Source: Octopus sinensis (lineage: Eukaryota). From it: a stretch of 64,000 nt of DNA. The position numbers were made by a program, and so were the translations under genes. The notes under the pieces were generated by a model. It was not told the DNA's origin. It saw only the letters and a list, made by a program, of their open reading frames with translations, and searched no databases. Of this stretch, positions 27,301 through 37,657 are shown piece by piece; position 1 is the first letter of the stretch; each line of letters starts with the position of its first letter. The stretch is taken from positions 16,678,001 through 16,742,000 of the forward strand of contig NC_043009.1 in NCBI RefSeq assembly GCF_006345805.1. Reading direction: 5' to 3'.

Positions 27301-30300
27301 CCACTGGTACGTACGATGCCAGTCAGGCAGCACTGGCATCAACCATGCTCAAATGAAGCTTTTTACGTGCCACTGGTACGTACGATGCCAGTCAGGCAGC
27401 ACTGGCATCAACCATGCTCAAATGAAGCTTTTTACGTGCCACTGGTACGTACGATGCCAGTCAGGCAGCACTGGCATCAACAATGCTCAAATGAAGCTTT
27501 TTACGTGCCACTGGTACGTACGATGCCAGTCAGGCAGCACTGGCATCAACATGCTCAAATGAAGCTTTTTACGTGCCACTGGTACGTACGATGCCAGTCA
27601 GGCAGCACTGGCATCAACCATGCTCAAATGAAGCTTTTTACGTGCCACTGGTACGTACGATGCCAGTCAGGCAGCACTGGCATCAACAATGCTCAAATGA
27701 AGCTTTTTACGTGCCACTGGTACGTACGATGCCAGTCAGGCAGCACTGGCATCAACCATGCTCAAATGAAGCTTTTTACGTGCCACTGGTACGTACGATG
27801 CCAGTCAGGCAGCACTGGCATCAACCATGCTCAAATGAAGCTTTTTACGTGCCACTGGTACGTACGATGCCAGTCAGGCAGCACTGGCATCAACCATGCT
27901 CAAATGAAGCTTTTTACGTGCCACTGGTACGTACGATGCCAGTCAGGCAGCACTGGCATCAACCATGCTCAAATGAAGCTTTTTACGTGCCACTGGTACG
28001 TACGATGCCAGTCAGGCAGCACTGGCATCAACCATGCTCAAATGAAGCTTTTTACGTGCCACTGGTACGTACGATGCCAGTCAGGCAGCACTGGCATCAA
28101 CAATGCTCAAATGAAGCTTTTTACGTGCCACTGGTACGTACGATGCCAGTCAGGCAGCACTGGCATCAACCATGCTCAAATGAAGCTTTTTACGTGCCAC
28201 TGGTACGTACGATGCCAGTCAGGCAGCACTGGCATCAACCATGCTCAAATGAAGCTTTTTACGTGCCACTGGTACGTACGATGCCAGTCAGGCAGCACTG
28301 GCATCAACCATGCTCAAATGAAGCTTTTTACGTGCCACTGGTACGTACGATGCCAGTCAGGCAGCACTGGCATCAACAATGCTCAAATGAAGCTTTTTAC
28401 GTGCCACTGGTACGTACGATGCCAGTCAGGCAGCACTGGCATCAACCATGTTCAAATGAAGCTTTTTACGTGCCACTGGTACGTACGATGCCAGTCAGGC
28501 AGCACTGGCATCAACAATGCTCAAATGAAGCTTTTTACGTGCCACTGGTACGTACGATGCCAGTCAGGCAGCACTGGCATCAACAATGCTCAAATGAAGC
28601 TTTTTACGTGCCACTGGTACGTACGATGCCAGTCAGGCAGCACTGGCATCAACCATGCTCAAATGAAGCTTTTTACGTGCCACTGGTACGTACGATGCCA
28701 GTCAGGCAGCACTGGCATCAACAATGCTCAAATGAAGCTTTTTACGTGCCACTGGTACGTACGATGCCAGTCAGGCAGCACTGGCATCAACCATGCTCAA
28801 ATGAAGCTTTTTACGTGCCACTGGTACGTACGATGCCAGTCAGGCAGCACTGGCATCAACCATGCTCAAATGAAGCTTTTTACGTGCCACTGGTACGTAC
28901 GATGCCAGTCAGGCAGCACTGGCATCAACCATGCTCAAATGGTTTTTTTACGTGCCACTGGTACGTACGATGCCAGTCAGGCAGCACTGGCATCAACGAT
29001 GCTCAAATGAAGCTTTTTACGTGCCACTGGTACGTACGATGCCAGTCAGGCAGCACTGGCATCAACAATGCTCAAATGAAGCTTTTTACGTGCCACTGGT
29101 ACGTACGATGCCAGTCAGGCAGCACTGGCATCAACCATGCTCAAATGAAGCTTTTTACGTGCCACTGGTACGTACGATGCCAGTCAGGCAGCACTGGCAT
29201 CAACCATGCTCAAATGGTGTTTTTTACGTGCCACTGGTACGTACGATGCCAGTCAGGCAGCACTGGCATCAACAATGCTCAAATGAAGCTTTTTACGTGC
29301 CACTGGTACGTACGATGCCAGTCAGACTGCACTGGCATCAACCATGCTCAAATGAAGCTTTTTACGTGCCACTGGTACGTACGATGCCAGTCAGGCAGCA
29401 CTGGCATCAACCATGCTCAAATGAAGCTTTTTACGTGCCACTGGTACGTACGATGCCAGTCAGGCAGCACTGGCATCAACAATGCTCAAATGAAGCTTTT
29501 TACGTGCCACTGGTACGTACGATGCCAGTCAGGCAGCACTGGCATCAACCATGCTCAAATGAAGCTTTTTACGTGCCACTGGTACGTACGATGCCAGTCA
29601 GACTGCACTGGCATCAACCATGCTCAAATGAAGCTTTTTACGTGCCACTGGTACGTACGATGCCAGTCAGGCAGCACTGGCATCAACAATGCTCAAATGA
29701 AGCTTTTACGTGCCACTTGTACGTACGATGCCAGTCAGGCAGCACTGGCATCAACAATGCTCAAATGAAGCTTTTTACGTGCCACTGGTACGTACGATGC
29801 CAGTCAGAGCACTGGCATCAACCATGCTCAAATGAAGCTTTTTACGTGCCACTGGTACGTACGATGCCAGTCAGGCAGCACTGGCATCAACCATGCTCAA
29901 ATGAAGCTTTTTACGTGCCACTGGTACGTACGATGCCAGTCAGGCAGCACTGGCATCAACCATGCTCAAATGGTGGTTTTACGTGCCACTGGTACGTACG
30001 ATGCCAGTCAGGCAGCACTGGCATCAACCATGCTCAAATGAAGCTTTTTACGTGCCACTGGTACGTACGATGCCAGTCAGGCAGCACTGGCATCAACCAT
30101 GCTCAAATGAAGCTTTTTACGTGCCACTGGTACGTACGATGCCAGTCAGGCAGCACTGGCATCAACCATGCTCAAATGAAGCTTTTTACGTGCCACTGGT
30201 ACGTACGATGCCAGTCAGGCAGCACTGGCATCAACCATGCTCAAATGAAGCTTTTACGTGCCACTGGTACGTACGATGCCAGTCAGGCAGCACTGGCATC

Positions 30301-32234
30301 AACCATGCTCAAATGAAGCTTTTTACGTGCCACTGGTACGTACGATGCCAGTCAGGCAGCACTGGCATCAACAATGCTCAAATGAAGCTTTTTACGTGCC
30401 ACTGGTACGTACGATGCCAGTCAGGCAGCACTGGCATCAACAATGCTGAAATGAAGCTTTTTACGTGCCACTGGTACGTACGATGCCAGTCAGGCAGCAC
30501 TGGCATCAACCATGCTCAAATGAAGCTTTTTACGTGCCACTGGTACGTACGATGCCAGTCAGGCAGCACTGGCATCAACAATGCTCAAATGAAGCTTTTT
30601 ACGTGCCACTGGTACGTACGATGCCAGTCAGGCAGCACTGGCATCAACCATGCTCAAATGAAGCTTTTTACGTGCCACTGGTACGTACGATGCCAGTCAG
30701 GCAGCACTGGCATCAACCATGCTCAAATGAAGCTTTTTACGTGCCACTGGTACGTACGATGCCAGTCAGGCAGCACTGGCATCAACCATGTTCAAATGAA
30801 GCTTTTTACGTGCCACTGGTACGTACGATGCCAGTCAGGCAGCACTGGCATCAACAATGCTCAAATGAAGCTTTTTACGTGCCACTGGTACGTACGATGC
30901 CAGTCAGGCAGCACTGGCATCAACCATGCTCAAATGAAGCTTTTTACGTGCCACTGGTACGTACGATGCCAGTCAGGCAGCACTGGCATCAACAATGCTC
31001 AAATGAAGCTTTTTACGTGCCACTGGTACGTACGATGCCAGTCAGGCAGCACTGGCATCAACAATGCTCAAATGAAGCTTTTTACGTGCCACTGGTACGT
31101 ACGATGCCAGTCAGGCAGCACTGGCATCAACCATGCTCAAATGAAGCTTTTTACGTGCCACTGGTACGTACGATGCCAGTCAGGCAGCACTGGCATCAAC
31201 CATGCTCAAATGAAGCTTTTTACGTGCCACTGGTACGTACGATGCCAGTCAGGCAGCACTGGCATCAACAATGCTCAAATGAAGCTTTTTACGTGCCACT
31301 GGTACGTACGATGCCAGTCAGGCAGCACTGGCATCAACCATGCTCAAATGAAGCTTTTTACGTGCCACTGGTACGTACGATGCCAGTCAGGCAGCACTGG
31401 CATCAACCATGCTCAAATGAAGCTTTTTACGTGCCACTGGTACGTACGATGCCAGTCAGGCAGCACTGGCATCAACCATGCTCAAACGGTGTTTTTTACG
31501 TGCCACTGCTACGTACGATGCCAGTCAGGCAGCACTGGCATCAACAATGCTCAAATGAAGCTTTTTACGTGCCACTGGTACGTACGATGCCAGTCAGGCA
31601 GCACTGGCATCAACCATGCTCAAATAGAACCTTTTTACGTGCCACTGGTACGTACGATGCCAGTCAGGCAGCACTGGCATCAACAATGCTCAAATGAAGC
31701 TTTTTACGTGCCACTGGTACGTACGATGCCAGTCAGGCAGCACTGGCATCAACAATGCTCAAATGAAGCTTTTTACGTGCCACTGGTACGTACGATGCCA
31801 GTCAGGCAGCACTGGCATCAACCATGCTCAAATGAAGCTTTTTACGTGCCACTGGTACGTACGATGCCAGTCAGGCAGCACTGGCATCAACCATGCTCAA
31901 ATGGTGTTTTTTACGTGCCACTGGTACGTACGATGCCAGTCAGGCAGCACTGGCATCAACAATGCTCAAATGAAGCTTTTTACGTGCCACTGGTACGTAC
32001 GATGCCAGTCAGACTGCACTGGCATCAACCATGCTCAAATGGTGGTCTTTACGTGCCACTGGTACGTACGATGCCAGTCAGACTGCACTGGCATCGACCA
32101 TGCTCAAAGTGCTTTTTACATACCACCAGCACGGGAGACAGTCAAGCGGCGCTGGCATCGACCACACTCGAATGGTGCTTTCTATGTGCCAGTCAGGTGA
32201 CAATGGCATCGACCACACTCAAATGGTGCTTTTT
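3388..32234 (-). mobile_element. RTE LINE 3' UTR fragment hosting the 69-bp array
   Basis: 3388-3580 aligns by eye with the 3' end of the RT-bearing LINE at 37658-37830 (cat..tttaac..catgctggc.tgggttggac..gctggatgcccttcctaa..ccaac). 32113-32234 aligns with its next two UTR repeat units. Confidence 0.85.
3577..32112. repeat. 69-bp tandem satellite/minisatellite, about 410 units
   Basis: Unit TTTTTACGTGCCACTGGTACGTACGATGCCAGTCAGGCAGCACTGGCATCAAC[C/A]ATGCTCAAATGAAGC. Copy number estimated as length/69. The first unit (3577-3642) is a 66-bp ancestral-type variant. Confidence 0.99.
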
Positions 32235-32235
32235 A

Positions 32236-32373
32236 GTGTCCATCCACCAAATCCACTCACAAGACTGTGAAACACCCAAGGCTACAGTGGAAGACACTTG
32301 CTCAAAGTGCCACACAGTGGGACTGAATCATGTAATTGGTAAGCAAGCGTCTTACCACACAGCCATGCCTGCA
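32236..32373 (-). mobile_element. Partial tRNA-derived SINE
   Basis: Homologous to the head of the SINE at 32551-32990 (ccaaatccactcacaag..gaagacacttg..cagtgggactgaa..cttaccacacagcca). Confidence 0.75.
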
Positions 32374-32550
32374 CCCATGCAAGAAACAGCTAATGATCTA
32401 GTTGCAATACATCTGCAACAGTTTCCTTGGTAATTAATGCACAAATGGGCTTTCTAAGATCTAATTTTCTGGATAAGAGATTACTAGAACATATCATCAT
32501 CATCATCATTTTAACATCCACTATGTCATATTTGCAAGTGTTGGACAGAA

Positions 32551-32780
32551 TTTACTCTTTTACTTGTTTGTCATATTTGAATATGGCCATGCTGGAGCAC
32601 CACCTTTAGCCGAGCAAATTGACCCCAGGACTTATTCTTTGTAAGTCTAGCACTTTTCTATCAGTCTATTTTGCTGAACTGCTAAGTTACGGGGATGTAA
32701 ACACACCATCATTGGCTGTCAAGCGATGTTGGGGGGGGGCAAACACAGACACACAAACATATACATACACTCATTCATAC

Positions 32781-32811
<31 letters not shown>

Positions 32812-32990
32812 CACATATACATATATACAATGGGCTTCTTTCAGTTTCCATCTACCAAATCCACTCACAAGGCTTTGGTTGGCCCGAGGCTATAGTAGAA
32901 GACACTTGACCAAGGTGCCATGCAGTGGGACTGAACCTGGAACCATGTGGTTCGTAAGCAAGCTACTTACCACACAGCCACTCCTACGCC
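32551..32990 (-). mobile_element. Near full-length tRNA-derived SINE with internal AC/AT microsatellite
   Basis: Minus-strand head GGCGTAGGAGTGGCTGTGTGGTAAG (A-box-like) ... GGTTCAGTCCC (B-box-like). Several further copies occur in the window. Confidence 0.85.
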
Positions 32991-33136
32991 TTTGCTGAGA
33001 TGGATTTTCTATAATCAGAAGCCTTTCCTCTTACTAATTCCAACCTGCTTGTTCACAAGATTAGAAATAAATGACACTGCTTACAACTCTCATATGGTGT
33101 CAAGGCAGGAAGACAGTTAAAAGACACACCACAACA

Positions 33137-33292
33137 GACTTCTTTCAATTTTCGTCTACCAAATCCATCCACAATGATTCAGTTGGTCCAAGGCTATAGT
33201 AAAAGACATTTGCCCAAGGTGCCATGCAGTGAACCAAACCCGGAACCATGAGGGTGGGAAGCAAATTTCTTACAACACAGCTATACCTGCAC
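33137..33292 (-). mobile_element. Partial tRNA-derived SINE (same family as 32551-32990)
   Basis: Shares cttctttca.ttt.cgtctaccaaatcca..aggctatagta.aagaca.ttgcccaaggtgccatgcagtg. Confidence 0.75.
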
Positions 33293-33407
33293 CAAATATT
33301 ATAATTTACGTTGTTTGAATTCTTTAAAAATTACCAAAAATTATTTTTAAATGACCAATATCTCAATTTTTAAAAAATCATTTAAAGATTAAAAGACATA
33401 ATTACAT

Positions 33408-33618
33408 ATTTCTTTACTACCCACAAGGGGGCTAAACATAGAGGGGACAAACAAGGACAGACAAACGGATTAAGTTGATTATATCGACCCCAGTGCGTAA
33501 CTGGTACTTACTTAATCGACCCCGAAAGGATGAAAGGCAAAGTCGACCTCGGCGGAATTTGAACTCAGAACGTAGCGGCAGACGAAATACGGCTACGCAT
33601 TTCGCCCGGCGTGCTAAT
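33408..33618 (-). mobile_element. tRNA-derived SINE of a second family (Nin/Deu-like core)
   Basis: Minus strand has B-box GAGTTCAAATTCC followed by GAGGTCGACTTTGCCTTTCATCCTTTCGGGGTCGATTAAGTAAGTACCAG, resembling the Nin/Deu-SINE core. CpG-rich, so probably young. Confidence 0.75.
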
Positions 33619-34456
33619 GTTTATATGTACCTCATAAAAGACATAATTACAGCTTAGTGCTCAATCTTGACTTTGTTTCCTCATGCATAATTTTCAATGA
33701 AGTTTTGCAGAGACACATTGTTGAAGATGTAAATTACAAATATGTTGATAAAATTAAAATAAAGAAAAATTCATACCCTTTTAACCACCCAATAGCTTGC
33801 TCAAAATTATTGTATCTATGGCATTCTCTTAATTGATATTATTATCATTGATGATAAAAAAAATAATAAAGTAGGCAGCTATCTTTTAGCAGACAACAGT
33901 ACAAATTGATTGTAATCAATACAAATCAAAATGATTTGTATTTGTAAGCCATATGTGAAATGGGAAACTTTCTTTTCATGCTTTCCAATTAATGTTGACA
34001 ATAACATCAATCAGGATAATGGCATAGATTTTTACCTTGATTTTTTTTTCTGTTTATTGTTGCTGAGCAATGATTTTGAGCAAGTTATTGAATGCTTAAA
34101 AAAAAAAAAAAAGGTATGGACTTATTCCTCTTTTTGAGTTATAAAAAGTTAATGCAACAAAATTCCACTAACAATTGTAATCTACATCTTCAAAAATGCA
34201 TCTCTACAAATTTCATTAAAAATATGCATTATTAAGGAAGTTATGAAGAAATAATGTTGGGGAGAGGAGGGGATGACACAAAGCTGGAGTTATGCAGACT
34301 AAAAAGTGTTTTGCATTGTGTACTCATCATTGTAAATGATTAACAAAAGAAATCACAAGACCCGCAATGTCCTGTTTCATTATAGCTTCATGTATCAATA
34401 ACAGAAGGCTATTGTAATTGTAAAAAGCATGCATTATACATTTGGAAGTAGAGCTT

Positions 34457-34503
34457 TTTCATTAAATATCAATCCAGTATTGCTGGATTGATATTTAATG
34501 AAA
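34457..34503. repeat. Perfect 21-bp inverted repeat with 5-nt spacer
   Basis: TTTCATTAAATATCAATCCAG-TATTG-CTGGATTGATATTTAATGAAA. Confidence 0.95.
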
Positions 34504-34764
34504 CTCATCATCATAATAGCTTTGAGAGTGACATAAAAATCATAGATCTTTTCCTTTGCCACTTGAATCTATTGATCAATAATTACATATTTCTAAAAAA
34601 AGAAAATTGTTGTCATCCAACTGTATGGCTTGGCTACAAAATCCATTATATTTCCATTTAGTGTTCAGCAACACCCTCAGAGCATATTGTGACACTAACC
34701 TCAAGGACTGCTATTCACAAGAAAAGTTAGCAAAAGTTAGAAAATTGTACGTGGTCATGATGAT

Positions 34765-35265
34765 GATCATCATCATCATTTAACATCTGTTTTCCATGCT
34801 GGCATGGACTAGACAGTTTGACTGGGGACTGGCAAGCCAGGAGGCTGCACCAGGCTCCAATCTGATCTGGCAATGTTTCTACAGCTGGATGCCCTTCCTA
34901 ACGCCAACCACTCTGAGAGTAGTGGATGCTTTTTACATGGGAGCCAGTCAGGCAGCACTGGCAGTGGCCACATTTGGATGGTGCCTTCTATGTGCTCCCA
35001 GCACAGGAGCCAGTCAGGGCAGGGGCTGGCTTTGACCTCATTCAGATGATGTATTTTACATGCCACCAGCATGGGGAGCCAGTCAGATGGCACTGGCAAC
35101 GACCTATGCAATGAATGGTACTTATTGTATGCTACCAGGCAGCACTGGTGTTGGCCATAACTACAATTTCTATTTGATTTGACTGTGATTTTGATTTTTG
35201 ATTTTACTTGGACTCAATAGGTCTCCTCAAGCACGACATGTTGCCTGATGATTCAAAGGTACTTT
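34765..35265 (-). mobile_element. RTE LINE 3' UTR fragment with 3-4 diverged satellite-related units
   Basis: (CAT)n tail, conserved gctggatgcccttcctaacgccaacc motif, then repeated gagccagtcag..gcactggc. Confidence 0.85.
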
Positions 35266-35512
35266 TTATATGTACTTTGCAAAATACATATTTCTAAAAA
35301 TGCAATCAGAGAAAGGAGAGATCATTTGTTAGCCTAATGATTTCAAGTAAAATGTTGAATGAAATAAATTTTGCTGATTACTATGCTGAGAAAAAAAAAC
35401 AAAAAAACTATGGCTATGACATAATTGTTGTTCTTTACCCACATTTATGGCAAACTTGAGTGCTAAGGGTGCTGTTTTATTCTATCTCTGAATGCAGGAG
35501 TCAATGTCTCAC

Positions 35513-35584
35513 CAGATGGTGAAGCAGCTCTGTAGGCATTTCAGCCTCTTCCATTGCAACACAAGAACTACCTGAGGCCACCCA
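35513..35584 (-). CDS. Candidate internal exon (WVASGSSCVAMEEAEMPTELLHHL in phase 0)
   Basis: Pyrimidine-rich acceptor ...TTCTCTCCTTTTATTGCCTGCATCAG and donor CTG|GTGAGA. 72 nt, open in phase 0 and also phase 2. Confidence 0.4.
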
Positions 35585-35848
35585 CTGATGCAGGCAATAA
35601 AAGGAGAGAAAATAGTAATTCAGTGAAGTAGAGTAATAGCCATGACTGAGAGGGAGTGAGGGAAAGTAATAGAAAGAGAGGAAATGGCAAAGAGAGCATC
35701 GTGATTCTTCTATAATAATACTCTTGCATTTTTCTCCGTCACAAAAATGAAATGATAGATGAATAAAGAAGGAAGGGGTGGAAAAAAAATCAAACTGCAT
35801 TTCAACAGTGTGAGTATATGTGTGTGTATTTAAAAGGGAGGTATGTGA

Positions 35849-35886
35849 ATGTGTGTGTGGTGTGTGTGTGTGTGTGTGTGTGTGTG
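35849..35886. repeat. (GT)n microsatellite
   Basis: Seen directly. Confidence 0.95.
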
Positions 35887-36739
35887 CAATGGAAGTGGGA
35901 TGGTGAACATTCAATGCTGAAAAGAAAAATCAAAGTGTTTCAACTCTGTGTGAGTATAAGTGTGTATGTGTGTCTATACAAAGGAAGTATGTGAATGTAT
36001 GCGTGAACCAGTGCTCTTCCAGTAACTATTCATAAACTAACCAGCGTTATTTCAGTAATTAATGATGATCGATGTCACATTTCAAAAGACAACCATTAGA
36101 TAACACTGATAAGTGTATTAATTTGATTTACCATCCATATTTTCTATCTGTTTTGTTAAAAATAATTATTACAATCACACACTCTACATAAACATACAAA
36201 CTCATTAGAGAAAATAATTACTGCCTGAGTGAATCAAGAATATAAAACGACTGCAGTTGAAAGTATATTATAAATACACGTCTTAATTTAACAGTTTATA
36301 CATGTCCTTAATTTATTTATATTGAGAAATTTATGTAATAAATTTTGAATAGGGGAGTTTTTACAATATCAACCCTAAGTCACGGACTGCTTTTTGTGGC
36401 TTTAAATCGTATGAGTTAGGTTGGTTTCAGTAATGGAGAGCACAACTGAAAGGAAATGTTGCTTCGAAAAAGTTGGTATTTACTTGCCAGCTTTATTTAG
36501 TCATGGCCAGCTTTATGTGGCCTTAAGCCATACAAGAAGGGAAGGAAAACTTAAAATTCTTTTAAAGGAAACAAGCAACTAAAGGATATTAGTTGCGGGT
36601 AGATTTTTCACAAAAGATTTGGTAATAAAAGAATTTAACTTAAAACTTGGTTTTGTAACTTATTCATATATAAAATTGCTTAAACTTTTGCTGTTATTTG
36701 GTCAAAACCAGCCCTTAGGCATTCCAACCATGATCATGA

Positions 36740-37050
36740 TCATCATCATCATTTAACATGTTTTCCAAGCTGGTATGGGTTGGACAGTTTGACTGGAGTT
36801 GGTAAAGCCAGGGGGCACTCTAGGTTCCATTGTCTGTTCTGACATGGTTTCTACAACTGGATGCTCTTCTTAATGCCAACCACTCCACAGAATGTACTAG
36901 GTGCTTTTTATGTAACACCAGCATGAGTGCTTTTAATATGGCAACAGCACAAATGCTTTTCATGTGGTACCAGCATTGGTATCAATTCTGCTGTGGCAGA
37001 CTTCTTGAGTACAGCAAGGTGCCAGATATCTCAGTCCTTAGTCATCTCCT
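36740..37050 (-). mobile_element. RTE LINE 3' UTR fragment
   Basis: (CAT)n tail followed by tgggttggacagtttgac..ctggatgctcttcttaatgccaaccactcc. Confidence 0.8.
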
Positions 37051-37054
37051 GATC

Positions 37055-37230
37055 TTAGGCATATTTGGCTACTGTTTCTAGAAGTTTGAGCAACTCTGCA
37101 GAATCTTTCCCAAAGGCTTCTTTAACTAATGTAGTCCAAATATTCAATTCAACAGATTTCAAGAAATATGAAAAATAGGAATCACAATGTTCATCTTTTA
37201 CCAAAAACCTTATCAAAATCAATAAAACAG
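37055..37230 (-). CDS. Candidate (possibly terminal) exon: S-VLLILIRFLVKDEHCDSYFSYFLKSVELNIWTTLVKEAFGKDSAELLKLLETVAKYA*
   Basis: Acceptor TTTCTTTTTGCAG at 37231-37232. Open for ~58 codons in phase 1, which is the phase left by the exon at 37486-37585 (255-bp intron). Confidence 0.5.
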
Positions 37231-37485
37231 CTGCAAAAAGAAATCAAATCTGAATGGCAGATGAAGTTTGCCAAGAGATTACTAAATTATACAACTTAGT
37301 ACCCTACATACTTTGTTACAGGTAGAGAATTGTGATAAACTGGCTGTTGGATAGTATGTGTTTTTTAAACAAATATTGATTAAATACTACCAACAAATTA
37401 ACATCTAGGGTTTCCAACATAAAATGACACTACCAGGTATGATAAAAACTAATTTGAGACATGAATAAAGTGTAATAAATCTTAC

Positions 37486-37585
37486 AAATGTGAAGGTTGT
37501 ACTGAAGTAATGCAGAAGCAGGCGTAACCTTTTTTAACTGATGTAGGTCATTCAAACTGCACAAGTTGACAGAATAACTCTTCCT
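37486..37585 (-). CDS. Candidate internal exon RKSYSVNLCSLNDLHQLKKVTPASALLQYNLHI
   Basis: Acceptor CTTATCTTTCTATAG and donor |GTAAGA. 100 nt, only phase 0 open, ends in phase 1. Confidence 0.5.
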
Positions 37586-37657
37586 CTATAGAAAGATAAG
37601 CAACAGTCTTCATCACACATAATAAATTTGCATCATAACTGATCTCAATTCTCAAAT

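Noticed and set aside
3577-32112. CRISPR array (palindromic repeats with ~69-bp period)
   Set aside because: No unique spacers, no cas genes, eukaryotic context.
3573-32433. Very long Cys/His-rich ORFs (MKLFTCHWYVRCQSGSTGINHAQ / MPLVRTMPVRQHWHQPCSNEAFY repeats) as a metal-binding repeat protein
   Set aside because: A 69-bp unit preserves frame, so any stop-free frame runs indefinitely. Two overlapping frames are open, there is no synonymous-site pattern, the unit derives from the antisense of a LINE UTR, and all three minus-strand frames contain TGA.
32900-32990. tRNA gene
   Set aside because: A/B-box-like head continues into a SINE body found in several decayed copies; no complete cloverleaf seen.
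36714-37062. CTTAGGCAT as a target-site duplication of the RTE fragment
   Set aside because: The left copy is ~18 bp from the tail and appears to be part of another small repeat (gcattccaaccatgatcat).
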